DNA from: Nemertoderma westbladi | Taxonomy: Eukaryota; Animalia; Xenacoelomorpha | Direction: 5' to 3' | DNA length: 64,000 bases | NCBI GenBank assembly: GCA_032718475.1 | Contig: JAUCBJ010007486.1 | Span: forward strand, 72,244 to 136,243 | Part shown: positions 1 through 13,341 of the stretch, piece by piece | How positions within the stretch are numbered: position 1 is the stretch's first letter | Layout: every line of letters begins with the position of its first letter | Program-made: the position numbers and the translations under genes | The notes under the pieces: generated by a model | The model's database searches: none | Told to the model about the DNA's origin: nothing | Seen by the model: only the letters and a program-made list of their open reading frames with translations

Positions 1-3000
1 GGTGGTTGGAATCACGGCTAGAGAAGGGCATTGTGGGAAGACGAGACCGTGGTAGCGTGATTGGGTGGTTGGAAGCACGGCTAGAGAAGGGCGTTGTGGG
101 AATACGAGACCGTGGTAGCGTGATTGGGTGGTTGGAAGCACAGCTAGAGAAGGGCGTTGTGGGAATACGAGACCGTGGTAGCGTGATTGGGTAATTGGAA
201 GCACGGCTAGAGAAGGGCATTGTGGGAATACGAGACCGTGGCAGCGTGATTGGGGGGTTGGAAGCACGGCTAGAGAAGGGCGTTGTGGGCAGACGAGACC
301 GTGGTAGCGTGATTGGGTGGTTGGAAGCACGGCTAGAGAAGGGCGTTGTGGGAATACGAGACCGTGGTAGCGTGATTGGGTGGTTGGAAGCACGGCTAGA
401 GAAGGGCATTGTGGGAATACGAGACCGTGATAGCGTGATTGGGTGGTTGGAAGCACGGCTAGAGAAGGGCATTGTGGGAAGACGAGACCGTGGTAGCGTG
501 ATTGGGTGGTTGGAAGCACGGCTAGAGAAGGGCATTGTGGGAATACGAGACCGTGGTAGCGTGATTGGGTGGTTGGAAGCACGGCTAGAGAAGGGCATTG
601 TGGGAATACGAGACCGTGGTAGCGTGATTGGGTGGTTGGAAGCACGGCTAGAGAAGGGCGTTGTGGGCAGACGAGACCGTGGTAGCGTGATTGGGTGGTT
701 GGAAGCACGGCTAGAGAAGGGCGTTGTGGGCAGACGAGACCGTGGTAGCGTGATTGGGTGGTTGGAAGCACAGCTAGAGAAGGGCGTTGTGGGCAGACGA
801 GACCGTGGTAGCGTGATTGGGTGGTTGGAATCATGGCTAGAGAAGGGCATTGTGGGCAGACGAGACCGTGGTAGCGTGATTGGGTGGTTGGAAGCACGGT
901 TAGAGAAGGGCATTGTGGGAATACGAGACCGTGGTAGCGTGATTGGGAGGTTGGAAGCACGGCTAGAGAAGGGCATTGTGGGAAGACGAGACCGTGGTAG
1001 CGTGATTGGGTGGTTGGAAGCACGGCTAGAGAAGGGCGTTGTGGGCAGACGAGACCGTGGTAGCGTGATTGGGTGGTTGGAAGCATGGCTAGAGAAGGGC
1101 GTTGTGGGCAGACGAGACCGTGGTAGCGTGATTGGGTGGTTGGAAGCACGGCTAGAGAAGGGCGTTGTGGGAATACGAGACCGTGGTAGCGTTATTGGGT
1201 GGTTGGAAGCACGGCTAGAGAAGGGCGTTGTGGGAATACGAGACTGTGGTAGCGTGATTGGGTGGTTGGAAGCACGGCTAGAGTAGGGCATTGTGGGAAG
1301 ACGAGACCGTGGTAGCGTGATTGGGAGGTTGGAAGCACGGCTAGAGAAGGGCATTGTGGGAATACGAGACCGTGGTAGCGTGATTGGGAGGTTGGAAGCA
1401 CGGCTAGAGAAGGGCATTGTGGGAATACGAGACCGTGGTAGCGTGATTGGGTGGTTGGAAGCACGGCTAGAGAAGGGCATTGTGGGAAGACGAGACCGTG
1501 GTAGCGTGATTGGGAGGTTGGAAGCACGGCTAGAGAAGGGCATTGTGGGAATACGAGACCGTGGTAGCGTGATTGGGAGGTTGGAAGCACGGCTAGAGAA
1601 GGGCATTGTGGGAAGACGAGACCGTGGTAGCGTGATTGGGAGGTTGGAAGCACGGTTAGAGAAGGGCATTGTGGGAATACGAGACCGTGGTAGCGTGATT
1701 GGGTGGTTGGAAGCACGGCTAGAGAAGGGCATTGTGGGAAGACGAGACCGTGGTAGTGTGATTGGGTGGTTGGAATCACGGCTAGAGAAGGGCATTGTGG
1801 GAAGACGAGAACGTGGTAGCGTGATTGGGTGGTTGGAAGCACGGCTAGAGAAGGGCGTTGTGGGAATACGAGACCGTGGTAGCGTGATTGGGTGGTTGGA
1901 AGCACAGCTAGAGAAGGGCATTGTGGGAATACGAGACCGTGGTAGCGTGATTGGGTAGTTGGAAGCACGGCTAGAGAAGGGCATTGTGGGAATACGAGAC
2001 CGTGGCAGCGTGATTGGGGGGTTGGAAGCACGGCTAGAGAAGGGCGTTGTGGGCAGACGAGACCGTGGTAGCGTGATTGGGTGGTTGGAAGCACGGCTAG
2101 AGAAGGGCGTTGTGGGAATACGAGACCGTGGTAGCGTGATTGGGTAGTTGGAAGCACGGCTAGAGAAGGGCATTGTGGGAATACGAGACCATGATAGCGT
2201 GATTGGGTGGTTGGAAGCACGGCTAGAGAAGGGCATTGTGGGAAGACGAGACCGTGGTAGCGTGATTGGGTGGTTGGAAGCACGGCTAGAGAAGGGCATT
2301 GTGGGAATACGAGACCGTGGTAGCGTGATTGGGTGGTTGGAAGCACGGCTAGAGAAGGGCATTGTGGGAATACGAGACCGTGGTAGCGTGATTGGGTGGT
2401 TGGAAGCACGGCTAGAGAAGGGTGTTGTGGGCAGACGAGACCGTGGTAGCGTGATTGGGTGGTTGGAAGCACGGCTAGAGAAGGGCATTGTGGGAAGACG
2501 AGACCGTGGTAGCGTGATTGGGAGGTTGGAAGCACGGCTAGAGAAGGGCATTGTGGGAATACGAGACCGTGGTAGCGTGATTGGGAGGTTGGAAGCACGG
2601 CTAGAGAAGGGCATTGTGGGAATACGAGACCGTGGTAGCGTGATTGGGTGGTTGGAAGCACGGCTAGAGAAGGGCATTGTGGGAAGACGAGACCGTGGTA
2701 GCGTGATTGGGAGGTTGGAAGCACGGCTAGAGAAGGGCATTGTGGGAATACGAGACCGTGGTAGCGTGATTGGGAGGTTGGAAGCACGGCTAGAGAAGGG
2801 CATTGTGGGAAGACGAGACCGTGGTAGCGTGATTGGGAGGTTGGAAGCACGGTTAGAGAAGGGCATTGTGGGAATACGAGACCGTGGTAGCGTGATTGGG
2901 TGGTTGGAAGCACGGCTAGAGAAGGGCATTGTGGGAAGACGAGACCGTGGTAGTGTGATTGGGTGGTTGGAATCACGGCTAGAGAAGGGCATTGTGGGAA

Positions 3001-6000
3001 GACGAGAACGTGGTAGCGTGATTGGGTGGTTGGAAGCACGGCTAGAGAAGGGCGTTGTGGGAATACGAGACCGTGGTAGCGTGATTGGGTGGTTGGAAGC
3101 ACAGCTAGAGAAGGGCATTGTGGGAATACGAGACCGTGGTAGCGTGATTGGGTAGTTGGAAGCACGGCTAGAGAAGGGCATTGTGGGAATACGAGACCGT
3201 GGCAGCGTGATTGGGGGGTTGGAAGCACGGCTAGAGAAGGGCGTTGTGGGCAGACGAGACCGTGGTAGCGTGATTGGGTGGTTGGAAGCACGGCTAGAGA
3301 AGGGCGTTGTGGGAATACGAGACCGTGGTAGCGTGATTGGGTGGTTGGAAGCACGGCTAGAGAAGGGCATTGTGGGAATACGAGACCGTGATAGCGTGAT
3401 TGGGTGGTTGGAAGCACGGCTAGAGAAGGGCATTGTGGGAATACGAGACCGTGGTAGCGTGATTGGGTGGTTGGAAGCACGGCTAGAGAAGGGCATTGTG
3501 GGAAGACGAGACCGTGGTAGCGTGATTGGGAGGTTGGAAGCACGGCTAGAGAAGGGCGTTGTGGGAATACGAGACCGTGGTAGCGTGATTGGGTGGTTGG
3601 AAGCACGGCTAGAGAAGGGCATTCTGGGAATACGAGACCGTGATAGCGCGATTGGGCGGTTGGAAGCACGGCTAGAGAAGGGCATTGTGGGAATACGAGA
3701 CCGTGGTAGCGTTATTGGGTGGTTGGAAGCACGGCTAGAGAAGGGCGTTGTGGGAATACGAGACCGTGGTAGCGTTATTGGGTGGTTGGAAGCACGGCTA
3801 GAGAAGGGCATTGTGGGCAGACGAGACTGTGGTAGCGTGATTGGGTGGTTGGAAGCACGGTTAGAGAAGGGCATTGTGGGAATACGAGACCGTGGTAGCG
3901 TGATTGGGAGGTTGGAAGCACGGCTAGAGAAGGGCATTGTGGGAAGACGAGACCGTGGTAGCGTGATTGGGTGGTTGGAAGCACGGCTAGAGAAGGGCGT
4001 TGTGGGCAGACGAGACCGTGGTAGCGTGATTGGGTGGTTGGAAGCACGGCTAGAGAAGGGCGTTGTGGGCAGACGAGACCGTGGTAGCGTGATTGGGTGG
4101 TTGGAAGCACAGCTAGAGAAGGGCGTTGTGGGCAGACGAGACCGTGGTAGCGTGATTGGGTGGTTGGAATCATGGCTAGAGAAGGGCATTGTGGGAAGAC
4201 GAGACCGTGGTAGTGTGATTGGGTGGTTGGAATCACGGCTAGAGAAGGGCATTGTGGGAAGACGAGAACGTGGTAGCGTGATTGGGTGGTTGGAAGCACG
4301 GCTAGAGAAGGGCGTTGTGGGAATACGAGACCGTGGTAGCGTGATTGGGTGGTTGGAAGCACAGCTAGAGAAGGGCATTGTGGGAATACGAGACCGTGGT
4401 AGCGTGATTGGGTAGTTGGAAGCACGGCTAGAGAAGGGCATTGTGGGAATACGAGACCGTGGCAGCGTGATTGGGGGGTTGGAAGCACGGCTAGAGAAGG
4501 GCGTTGTGGGCAGACGAGACCGTGGTAGCGTGATTGGGTGGTTGGAAGCACGGCTAGAGAAGGGCGTTGTGGGAATACGAGACCGTGGTAGCGTGATTGG
4601 GTGGTTGGAAGCACGGCTAGAGAAGGGCATTGTGGGAATACGAGACCGTGATAGCGTGATTGGGTGGTTGGAAGCACGGCTAGAGAAGGGCATTGTGGGA
4701 ATACGAGACCGTGGTAGCGTGATTGGGTGGTTGGAAGCACGGCTAGAGAAGGGCATTGTGGGAAGACGAGACCGTGGTAGCGTGATTGGGAGGTTGGAAG
4801 CACGGCTAGAGAAGGGCGTTGTGGGAATACGAGACCGTGGTAGCGTGATTGGGTGGTTGGAAGCACGGCTAGAGAAGGGCATTCTGGGAATACGAGACCG
4901 TGATAGCGCGATTGGGCGGTTGGAAGCACGGCTAGAGAAGGGCATTGTGGGAATACGAGACCGTGGTAGCGTTATTGGGTGGTTGGAAGCACGGCTAGAG
5001 AAGGGCGTTGTGGGAATACGAGACCGTGGTAGCGTTATTGGGTGGTTGGAAGCACGGCTAGAGAAGGGCATTGTGGGCAGACGAGACTGTGGTAGCGTGA
5101 TTGGGTGGTTGGAAGCACGGTTAGAGAAGGGCATTGTGGGAATACGAGACCGTGGTAGCGTGATTGGGAGGTTGGAAGCACGGCTAGAGAAGGGCATTGT
5201 GGGAAGACGAGACCGTGGTAGCGTGATTGGGTGGTTGGAAGCACGGCTAGAGAAGGGCGTTGTGGGCAGACGAGACCGTGGTAGCGTGATTGGGTGGTTG
5301 GAAGCACGGCTAGAGAAGGGCGTTGTGGGCAGACGAGACCGTGGTAGCGTGATTGGGTGGTTGGAAGCACAGCTAGAGAAGGGCGTTGTGGGCAGACGAG
5401 ACCGTGGTAGCGTGATTGGGTGGTTGGAATCATGGCTAGAGAAGGGCATTGTGGGCAGACGAGACCGTGGTAGCGTGATTGGGTGGTTGGAAGCACGGTT
5501 AGAGAAGGGCATTGTGGGAATACGAGACCGTGGTAGCGTGATTGGGAGGTTGGAAGCACGGCTAGAGAAGGGCATTGTGGGAAGACGAGACCGTGGTAGC
5601 GTGATTGGGTGGTTGGAAGCACGGCTAGAGAAGGGCGTTGTGGGCAGACGAGACCGTGGTAGCGTGATTGGGTGGTTGGAAGCACGGCTAGAGAAGGGCG
5701 TTGTGGGCAGACGAGACTGTGGTAGCGTGATTGGGTGGTTGGAAGCACGGCTAGAGAAGGGCGTTGTGGGAATACGAGACCGTGGTAGCGTTATTGGGTG
5801 GTTGGAAGCACGGCTAGAGAAGGGCGTTGTGGGAATACGAGACCGTGGTAGCGTGATTGGGTGGTTGGAAGCACGGCTAGAGAAGGGCATTGTGGGAAGA
5901 CGAGACCGTGGTAGCGTGATTGGGAGGTTGGAAGCATGGCTAGAGAAGGGCATTGTGGGAATACGAGACCGTGGTAGCGTGATTGGGTGGTTGGAAGCAC

Positions 6001-9000
6001 GGCTAGAGAAGGGCGTTGTGGGAATACGAGACCGTGGTAGCGTGATTGGGTGGTTGGAAGCACGGCTAGAGAAGGGCATTCTGGGAATACGAGACCGTGA
6101 TAGCGTGATTGGGCGGTTGGAAGCACGGCTAGAGAAGGGCATTGTGGGAATACGAGACCGTGGTAGCGTGATTGGGTGGTTGGAAGCACGGCTAGAGAAG
6201 GACATTGTGGGCAGACGAGACCGTGGCAGCGTGATTGGGTGGTTGGAAGCACGGCTAGAGAAGGGCATTGTGGGCAGATGAGACCGTGGCAGCGTGATTG
6301 GGTGGTTGGAAGCACGGCTAGAGAAGGGCATTGTGGGTAGACGAGACCGTGGTAGCGTGATTGGGAGGTTGGAAGCACGGCTAGAGAAGGGCATTGTGGG
6401 TAGACGAGACCGTGGTAGCGTGATTGGGAGGTTGGAAGCACGGCTAGAGAAGGGCATTGTGGGAATACGAGACCGTGGTAGCGTGATTGGGTGGTTGGAA
6501 GCACGGCTAGAGAAGGGCGTTGTGGGTAGACGAGACTGTGGTAGCGTGATTGGGTGGTTGGAAGCACGGCTAGAGAAGGACATTGTGGGCAGACGAGACC
6601 GTGGCAGCGTGATTGGGTGGTTGGAAGCACGGCTAGAGAAGGGCATTGTGGGAATACGAGACCGTGGTAGCGTGATTGGGTGGTTGGAAGCACGGCTAGA
6701 GAAGGGCATTGTGGGCATACGAGACCGTGGTAGCGTGATTGGGTGGTTGGAAGCACGGCTAGAGAAGGGCATTGTGGGCATACGAGACCGTGGTAGCGTG
6801 ATTGGGTGGTTGGAAGCACGGCTAGAGAAGGGCATTGTGGGAATACGAGACCGTGGTAGCGTGATTGGGTGGTTGGAAGCACGGCTAGAGAAGGGCATTG
6901 TGGGAATACGAGACCGTGGTAGCGTGATTGGGTGGTTGGAAGCACGGCTAGAGAAGGGCATTGTGGGACTGTGGGTAGACGAGACCGTGGTAGCGTGATT
7001 GGGTGGTTGGAAGCACGGCTAGAGAAGGGCATTGTGGGAATACGAGACCGTGGTAGCGTGATTGGGTGGTTGGAAGCACGGCTAGAGAAGGGCATTGTGG
7101 GACTGTGGGCATACGAGACCGTGGTAGCGTGATTGGGTGGTTGGAAGCACGGCTAGAGAAGGGCATTGTGGGAATACGAGACCGTGGTAGCGTGATTGGG
7201 TGGTTGGAAGCACGGCTAGAGAAGGGCATTGTGGGAATACGAGACCGTGGTAGCGTGATTGGGTGGTTGGAAGCACGGCTAGAGAAGGGCATTGTGGGAC
7301 TGTGGGTAGACGAGACCGTGGTAGCGTGATTGGGTGGTTGGAAGCACGGCTAGAGAAGGGCATTGTGGGAATACGAGACCGTGGTAGCGTGATTGGGTGG
7401 TTGGAAGCACGGCTAGAGAAGGGCATTGTGGGACTGTGGGCATACGAGACCGTGGTAGCGTGATTGGGTGGTTGGAAGCACGGCTAGAGAAGGGCATTGT
7501 GGGAATACGAGACCGTGGTAGCGTGATTGGGTGGTTGGAAGCACGGCTAGAGAAGGGCATTGTGGGAATACGAGACCGTGGTAGCGTGATTGGGTGGTTG
7601 GAAGCACGGCTAGAGAAGGGCATTGTGGGACTGTGGGTAGACGAGACCGTGGTAGCGTGATTGGGTGGTTGGAAGCACGGCTAGAGAAGGGCATTGTGGG
7701 AATACGAGACCGTGGTAGCGTGATTGGGTGGTTGGAAGCACGGCTAGAGAAGGGCATTGTGGGAATACGAGACCGTGGTAGCGTGATTGGGTGGTTGGAA
7801 GCACGGCTAGAGAAGGGCATTGTGGTCAGACGAGACCGTGGTAGCGTGATTGGGTGGTTGGAAGCACGGCTAGAGAAGGGCATTGTGGGACTGTGGGTAG
7901 ACGAGACCGTGGTAGCGTGATTGGGTGGTTGGAAGCACGGCTAGAGAAGGGCATTGTGGGAATACGAGACCGTGGTAGCGTGATTGGGTGGTTGGAAGCA
8001 CGGCTAGAGAAGGGCATTGTGGGACTGTGGGTAGACGAGACCGTGGTAGCGTGATTGGGTGGTTGGAAGCACGGCTAGAGAAGGGCATTGTGGGAATACG
8101 AGACCGTGGTAGCGTGATTGGGTGGTTGGAAGCACGGCTAGAGAAGGGCATTGTGGGAATACGAGACCGTGGTAGCGTGATTGGGTGGTTGGAAGCACGG
8201 CTAGAGAAGGGCATTGTGGGCAGACCGTACCGTGGCAGCGTGATTGGGTGGTTGGAAGCACGGCTAGAGAAGGGCATTGTGGGCAGACGAGACCGTGGTA
8301 GCGTGATTGGGTGGTTGGAAGCATGGCTAGAGAAGGGCATTGTGGGACTGTGGGTAGACGAGACCGTGGTAGCGTGATTGGGTGGTTGGAAGCACGGCTA
8401 GAGAAGGGCATTGTGGGAATACGAGACCGTGGTAGCGTGATTGGGTGGTTGGAAGCACGGCTAGAGAAGGGCATTGTGGGAATACGAGACCGTGGTAGCG
8501 TGATTGGGTGGTTGGAAGCACGGCTAGAGAAGGGCATTGTGGGCATACGAGACCGTGGTAGCGTGATTGGGTGGTTGGAAGCACGGCTAGAGAAGGGCAT
8601 TGTGGGCATACGAGACCGTGGTAGCGTGATTGGGTGGTTGGAAGCACGGCTAGAGAAGGACGTTGTGGGCATACGAGACCGTGGTAGCGTGATTGGGTGG
8701 TTGGAAGCACGGCTAGAGAAGGGCATTGTGGGCAGACGAGACCGTGGTAGCGTGATTGGGTGGTTGGAAGCACGGCTAGAGAAGGGCATTGTGGGACTGT
8801 GGGTAGACGAGACCGTGGTAGCGTGATTGGGTGGTTGGAAGCACGGCTAGAGAAGGGCATTGTGGGCAGACGAGACCGTGGCAGCGTGATTGGGTGGTTG
8901 GAAGCACGGCTAGAGAAGGGCATTGTGGGAATACGAGACCGTGGTAGCGTGATTGGGTGGTTGGAAGCACGGCTAGAGAAGGGCATTGTGGGCAGACGAG

Positions 9001-11904
9001 ACCGTGGTAGCGTGATTGGGTGGTTGGAAGCACGGTTAGAGAAGGGCATTGTGGGCAGACGAGACCGTGGTAGCGTGATTGGGTGGTTGGAAGCACGGTT
9101 AGAGAAGGGCATTGTGGGACTGTGGGTAGACGAGACCGTGGTAGCGTGATTGGGTGGTTGGAAGCACGGCTAGAGAAGGGCATTGTGGGAATACGAGACC
9201 GTGGTAGCGTGATTGGGTGGTTGGAAGCACGGCTAGAGAAGGGCATTGTGGGACTGTGGGTAGACGAGACCGTGGTAGCGTGATTGGGTGGTTGGAAGCA
9301 CGGCTAGAGAAGGGCATTGTGGGAATACGAGACCGTGGTAGCGTGATTGGGTGGTTGGAAGCACGGCTAGAGAAGGGCATTGTGGGCATACGAGACCGTG
9401 GTAGCGTGATTGGGTGGTTGGAAGCACGGCTAGAGAAGGGCATTGTGGGAATACGAGACCGTGGTAGCGTGATTGGGTGGTTGGAAGCACGGCTAGAGAA
9501 GGGCATTGTGGGACTGTGGGTAGACGAGACCGTGGTAGCGTGATTGGGTGGTTGGAAGCACGGCTAGAGAAGGGCATTGTGGGAATACGAGATCGTGGTA
9601 GCGTGATTGGGTGGTTGGAAGCACGGCTAGAGAAGGGCATTGTGGGAATACGAGACCGTGGTAGCGTGATTGGGTGGTTGGAAGCACGGCTAGAGAAGGG
9701 CATTGTGGGCAGACGAGACCGTGGCAGCGTGATTGGGTGGTTGGAAGCACGGCTAGAGAAGGGCATTGTGGGCAGACGAGACCGTGGTAGCGTGATTGGG
9801 TGGTTGGAAGCACGGCTAGAGAAGGGCATTGTGGGACTGTGGGTAGACGAGACCGTAGTAGCGTGATTGGGTGGTTGGAAGCACGGCTAGAGAAGGGCAT
9901 TGTGGGAATACGAGACCGTGGTAGCGTGATTGGGTGGTTGGAAGCACGGCTAGAGAAGGGCGTTGTGGGCAGACGAGACCGTGGTAGCGTGATTGGGTGG
10001 TTGGAAGCACGGCTAGAGAAGGGCATTGTGGGCAGACGAGACCGTGGTAGCGTGATTGGGTGGTTGGAAGCACGGCTAGAGAAGGGCATTGTGGGCAGAC
10101 GAGACCGTGGTAGCGTGATTGGGTGGTTGGAAGCACGGCTAGAGAAGGGCATTGTGGGACTGTGGGTAGACGAGACCGTGGTAGCGTGATTGGGTGGTTG
10201 GAAGCACGGCTAGAGAAGGGCATTGTGGGCAGACGAGACCGTGGTAGCGTGATTGGGTGGTTGGAAGCACGGCTAGAGAAGGGCATTGTGGGCAGACGAG
10301 ACCGTGGTAGCGTGATTGGGTGGTTGGAAGCACGGCTAGAGAAGGGCATTGTGGGACTGTGGGAATACGAGACCGTGGTAGCGTGATTGGGAGGTTGGAA
10401 GCACGGCTAGAGAAGGGCGTTGTGGGAATACGAGACCGTGGTAGCGTGATTGGGTGGTTGGAAGCACGGCTAGAGAAGGGCGTTGTGGGTAGACGAGACT
10501 GTGGTAGCGTGATTGGGTGGTTGGAAGCACGGCTAGAGAAGGACATTGTGGGCAGACGAGACCGTGGTAGCGTGATTGGGTGGTTGGAAGCACGGCTAGA
10601 GAAGGGCATTGTGGGAATACGAGACCGTGGTAGCGTGATTGGGTGGTTGGAAGCACGGCTAGAGAAGGGCATTGTGGGACTGTGGGTAGACGAGACCGTG
10701 GTAGCGTGATTGGGTGGTTGGAAGCACGGCTAGAGAAGGGCATTGTGGGAATACGAGACCGTGGTAGCGTGATTGGGTGGTTGGAAGCACGGCTAGAGAA
10801 GGGCATTGTGGGAATACGAGACCGTGGTAGCATGATTGGGTGGTTGGAAGCACGGCTAGAGAAGGGCATTGTGGGCAGACGAGACCGTGGTAGCGTGATT
10901 GGGAGGTTGGAAGCACGGCTAGAGAAGGGCATTGTGGGCATACGAGACCGTGGTAGCGTGATTGGGTGGTTGGAAGCACGGCTAGAGAAGGGCATTGTGG
11001 GCATACGAGACCGTGGTAGCGTGATTGGGTGGTTGGAAGCACGGCTAGAGAAGGACGTTGTGGGCAGACGAGACCGTGGTAGCGTGATTGGGTGGTTGGA
11101 AGCACGGCTAGAGAAGGACGTTGTGGGCAGACGAGACCGTGGTAGCGTGATTGGGTGGTTGGAAGCACGGCTAGAGAAGGACGTTGTGGGCAGACGAGAC
11201 CGTGGTAGCGTGATTGGGTGGTTGGAAGCACGGCTAGAGAAGGACGTTGTGGGCAGACGAGACCGTGGTAGCGTGATTGGGTGGTTGGGAGCACGGCTAG
11301 AGAAGGACATTGTGGGAATACGAGACCGTGGTAGCGTGATTGGGTGGTTGGAAGCACGGCTAGAGAAGGACGTTGTGGGCAGACGAGACCGTGGTAGCGT
11401 GATTGGGTGGTTGGGAGCACGGCTAGAGAAGGGCGTTGTGGGCAGACGAGACCGTGGTAGCGTTATTGGGTGGTTGGAAGCACGGCTAGAGAAGGGCGTT
11501 GTGGGAATACGAGACCGTGGTAGCGTGATTGGGAGGTTGGAAGCACGGCTAGAGAAGGGCGTTGTGGGAATACGAGACCGTGGCAGCGTGATTGGGAGGT
11601 TGGAAGCACGGCTAGAGAAGGGCGTTGTGGGAATACGAGACCGTGGTAACGTGATTGGGTGGTTGGAAGCACGGCTAGTGAAGGACGTTGTGGGAATACG
11701 AGACCGTGGTAGCGTGATTGGGTGGTTGGAAGCACGGCTAGAGAAGGGCGTTGTGGCAATACGAGACCGTGGTAGCGTGATTGGGTGGTTGGAAGCACGG
11801 CTAGAGAAGGGCGTTGTGGGAATACGAGACCGTGGTAGCGTGATTGGGTGGTTGGAAGCACGGCTAGAGAAGGGCGTTGTGGGCAGACGAGACCGTGGTA
11901 GCGT
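1..11904. repeat. 63-bp tandem satellite (~190 monomers in view, runs off the left edge)
   Basis: Consensus GGTGGTTGGAAGCACGGCTAGAGAAGGGCATTGTGGGAATACGAGACCGTGGTAGCGTGATTG repeats head-to-tail. A 71-bp variant with an 8-bp internal duplication appears from ~6961 to ~10690. The array ends abruptly at 11904. Confidence 0.99.
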
Positions 11905-12092
11905 CACAGAAACGGTATACACAATCTGGGGACAGATCGTGGAATGTCCTATAATTTATATTAATTATTTATTGTAAATTATTATTTATTTATTTATGAT
12001 TTATATTAATAATTATAATAATACTAATTAATTACTATAATGTTTTTTTAGTAGATTTATTTTCATAGCTTAATATATAATTTTTTTTTTAG

Positions 12093-12851
12093 AAATGTCA
12101 GCATATGTGAAATTGGTGATCAATGCTACCCCAGAAGAATGTTATAACTTCATAAATAATGAAGTGGCCGTGGAAGATTTTAAGAATTATATATTCGATT
12201 TTGCAAGGGAAACAGCAAAAATAAAAAGTATGAATATAAGTTGCGGATCAATCATTGCGGAAATTGAATTTATTGGAAACGTTCCAAATAGATCATTCAC
12301 TGATTTGAACAACGCATTGACAGAGCAGTTTGTAGTATTTTATGAAAGTGATTTTATGAATTTTATGAAATGTTAATATTGATGGAACACCGCATAGAAT
12401 CAAAGCAATAATCAACCAGGTTCCCCTTCAGTATAACATCACCTACTCCCCTTGTTCGGATTTTACAATTAGTGATATTATATTAGCTATCACAGCAGAA
12501 TGTACACAAGAAGTGGGAGTCCTTAATTACCTCATTGGGCAACTTGTTTGCTTTGGAACGGTAGACATTTATGGTACGATTTCTTTAACCATATTTGTTT
12601 ATGAAGATTTGAAGGGCATTTTGGAAAGAGGCATAGAAGAGGGCTTCGAGCAATATGTCGGCCATTCTCTCGTAAGAATATCCCTCAAACCAGTTACAAC
12701 CCCTGGCACTACTACTGAAACGACAACATTCAAAGGAACAACTACCATGAATGAAACCACTGAATCAACAACCACTACAGACAGTGCTCAATCAGTTGAT
12801 GTTCCCAAGTATATTATTTTCTTAATTACACCGCTTGTCTATTTGATTTAA
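12093..12851 (+). pseudogene. Probable terminal exon of a GPI-anchored SEA-like/mucin-stalk surface protein, broken by one frameshift near 12361-12370
   Basis: Poly-T+AG acceptor at 12081-12092. ORF 12095-12376 has a SEA-like ISCGSIIAEIEF motif. The second frame is open from 12369 to 12851, with a Thr-rich stalk and a hydrophobic C-terminus (DSAQSVDVPKYIIFLITPLVYLI). AATAAA at 12891. Family assignment is by motif resemblance only. Confidence 0.5.
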
Positions 12852-13341
12852 AACAAAATCAGATATTATCCTATATAAACCAGGATACAAAATAAAAAGC
12901 AATTCATCATTAGGGGATTGATGCGATATTGGCATTTTTCACCAAAGAAATTATAAGTTTATTCGAAACGCAATGTTATTTATATACGTGGGTGTATCAC
13001 CGTCAAAACAAGCGCAGAGTTGTTAGTTTTTGATATGCCGCAAAAGGTCTAGGCCACACTGGTCTATTAATTATTATAATATTAATTATAATAGTTTAAT
13101 TATAATAGTCTTATATTTAATTATTTTTTGTTCATTCAAGGTAAACGGATATTATATAGTAAAAGTGTCCAGCTCGGATAAAAACAGACAGAAAGGTACT
13201 CATTAAAATTAATTCAAATATAATGAATATATGACTTTAGTTGATAATACTTCACCATAGTCTGCATAGGTAGATGATGGTGAGCGGTCTACAGACGCTA
13301 CCATTAACTATACATAAAATTATATGTTGTTATTCACAATG

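Noticed and set aside
6-11977. Long repetitive ORFs on both strands (LEARLEKGIVG..., PSLAVLPTTQSRYHGLV...)
   Set aside because: A 63-bp monomer (21 codons) is stop-free in several frames by construction; sporadic stops and 8-bp frameshifting variants show no coding constraint.
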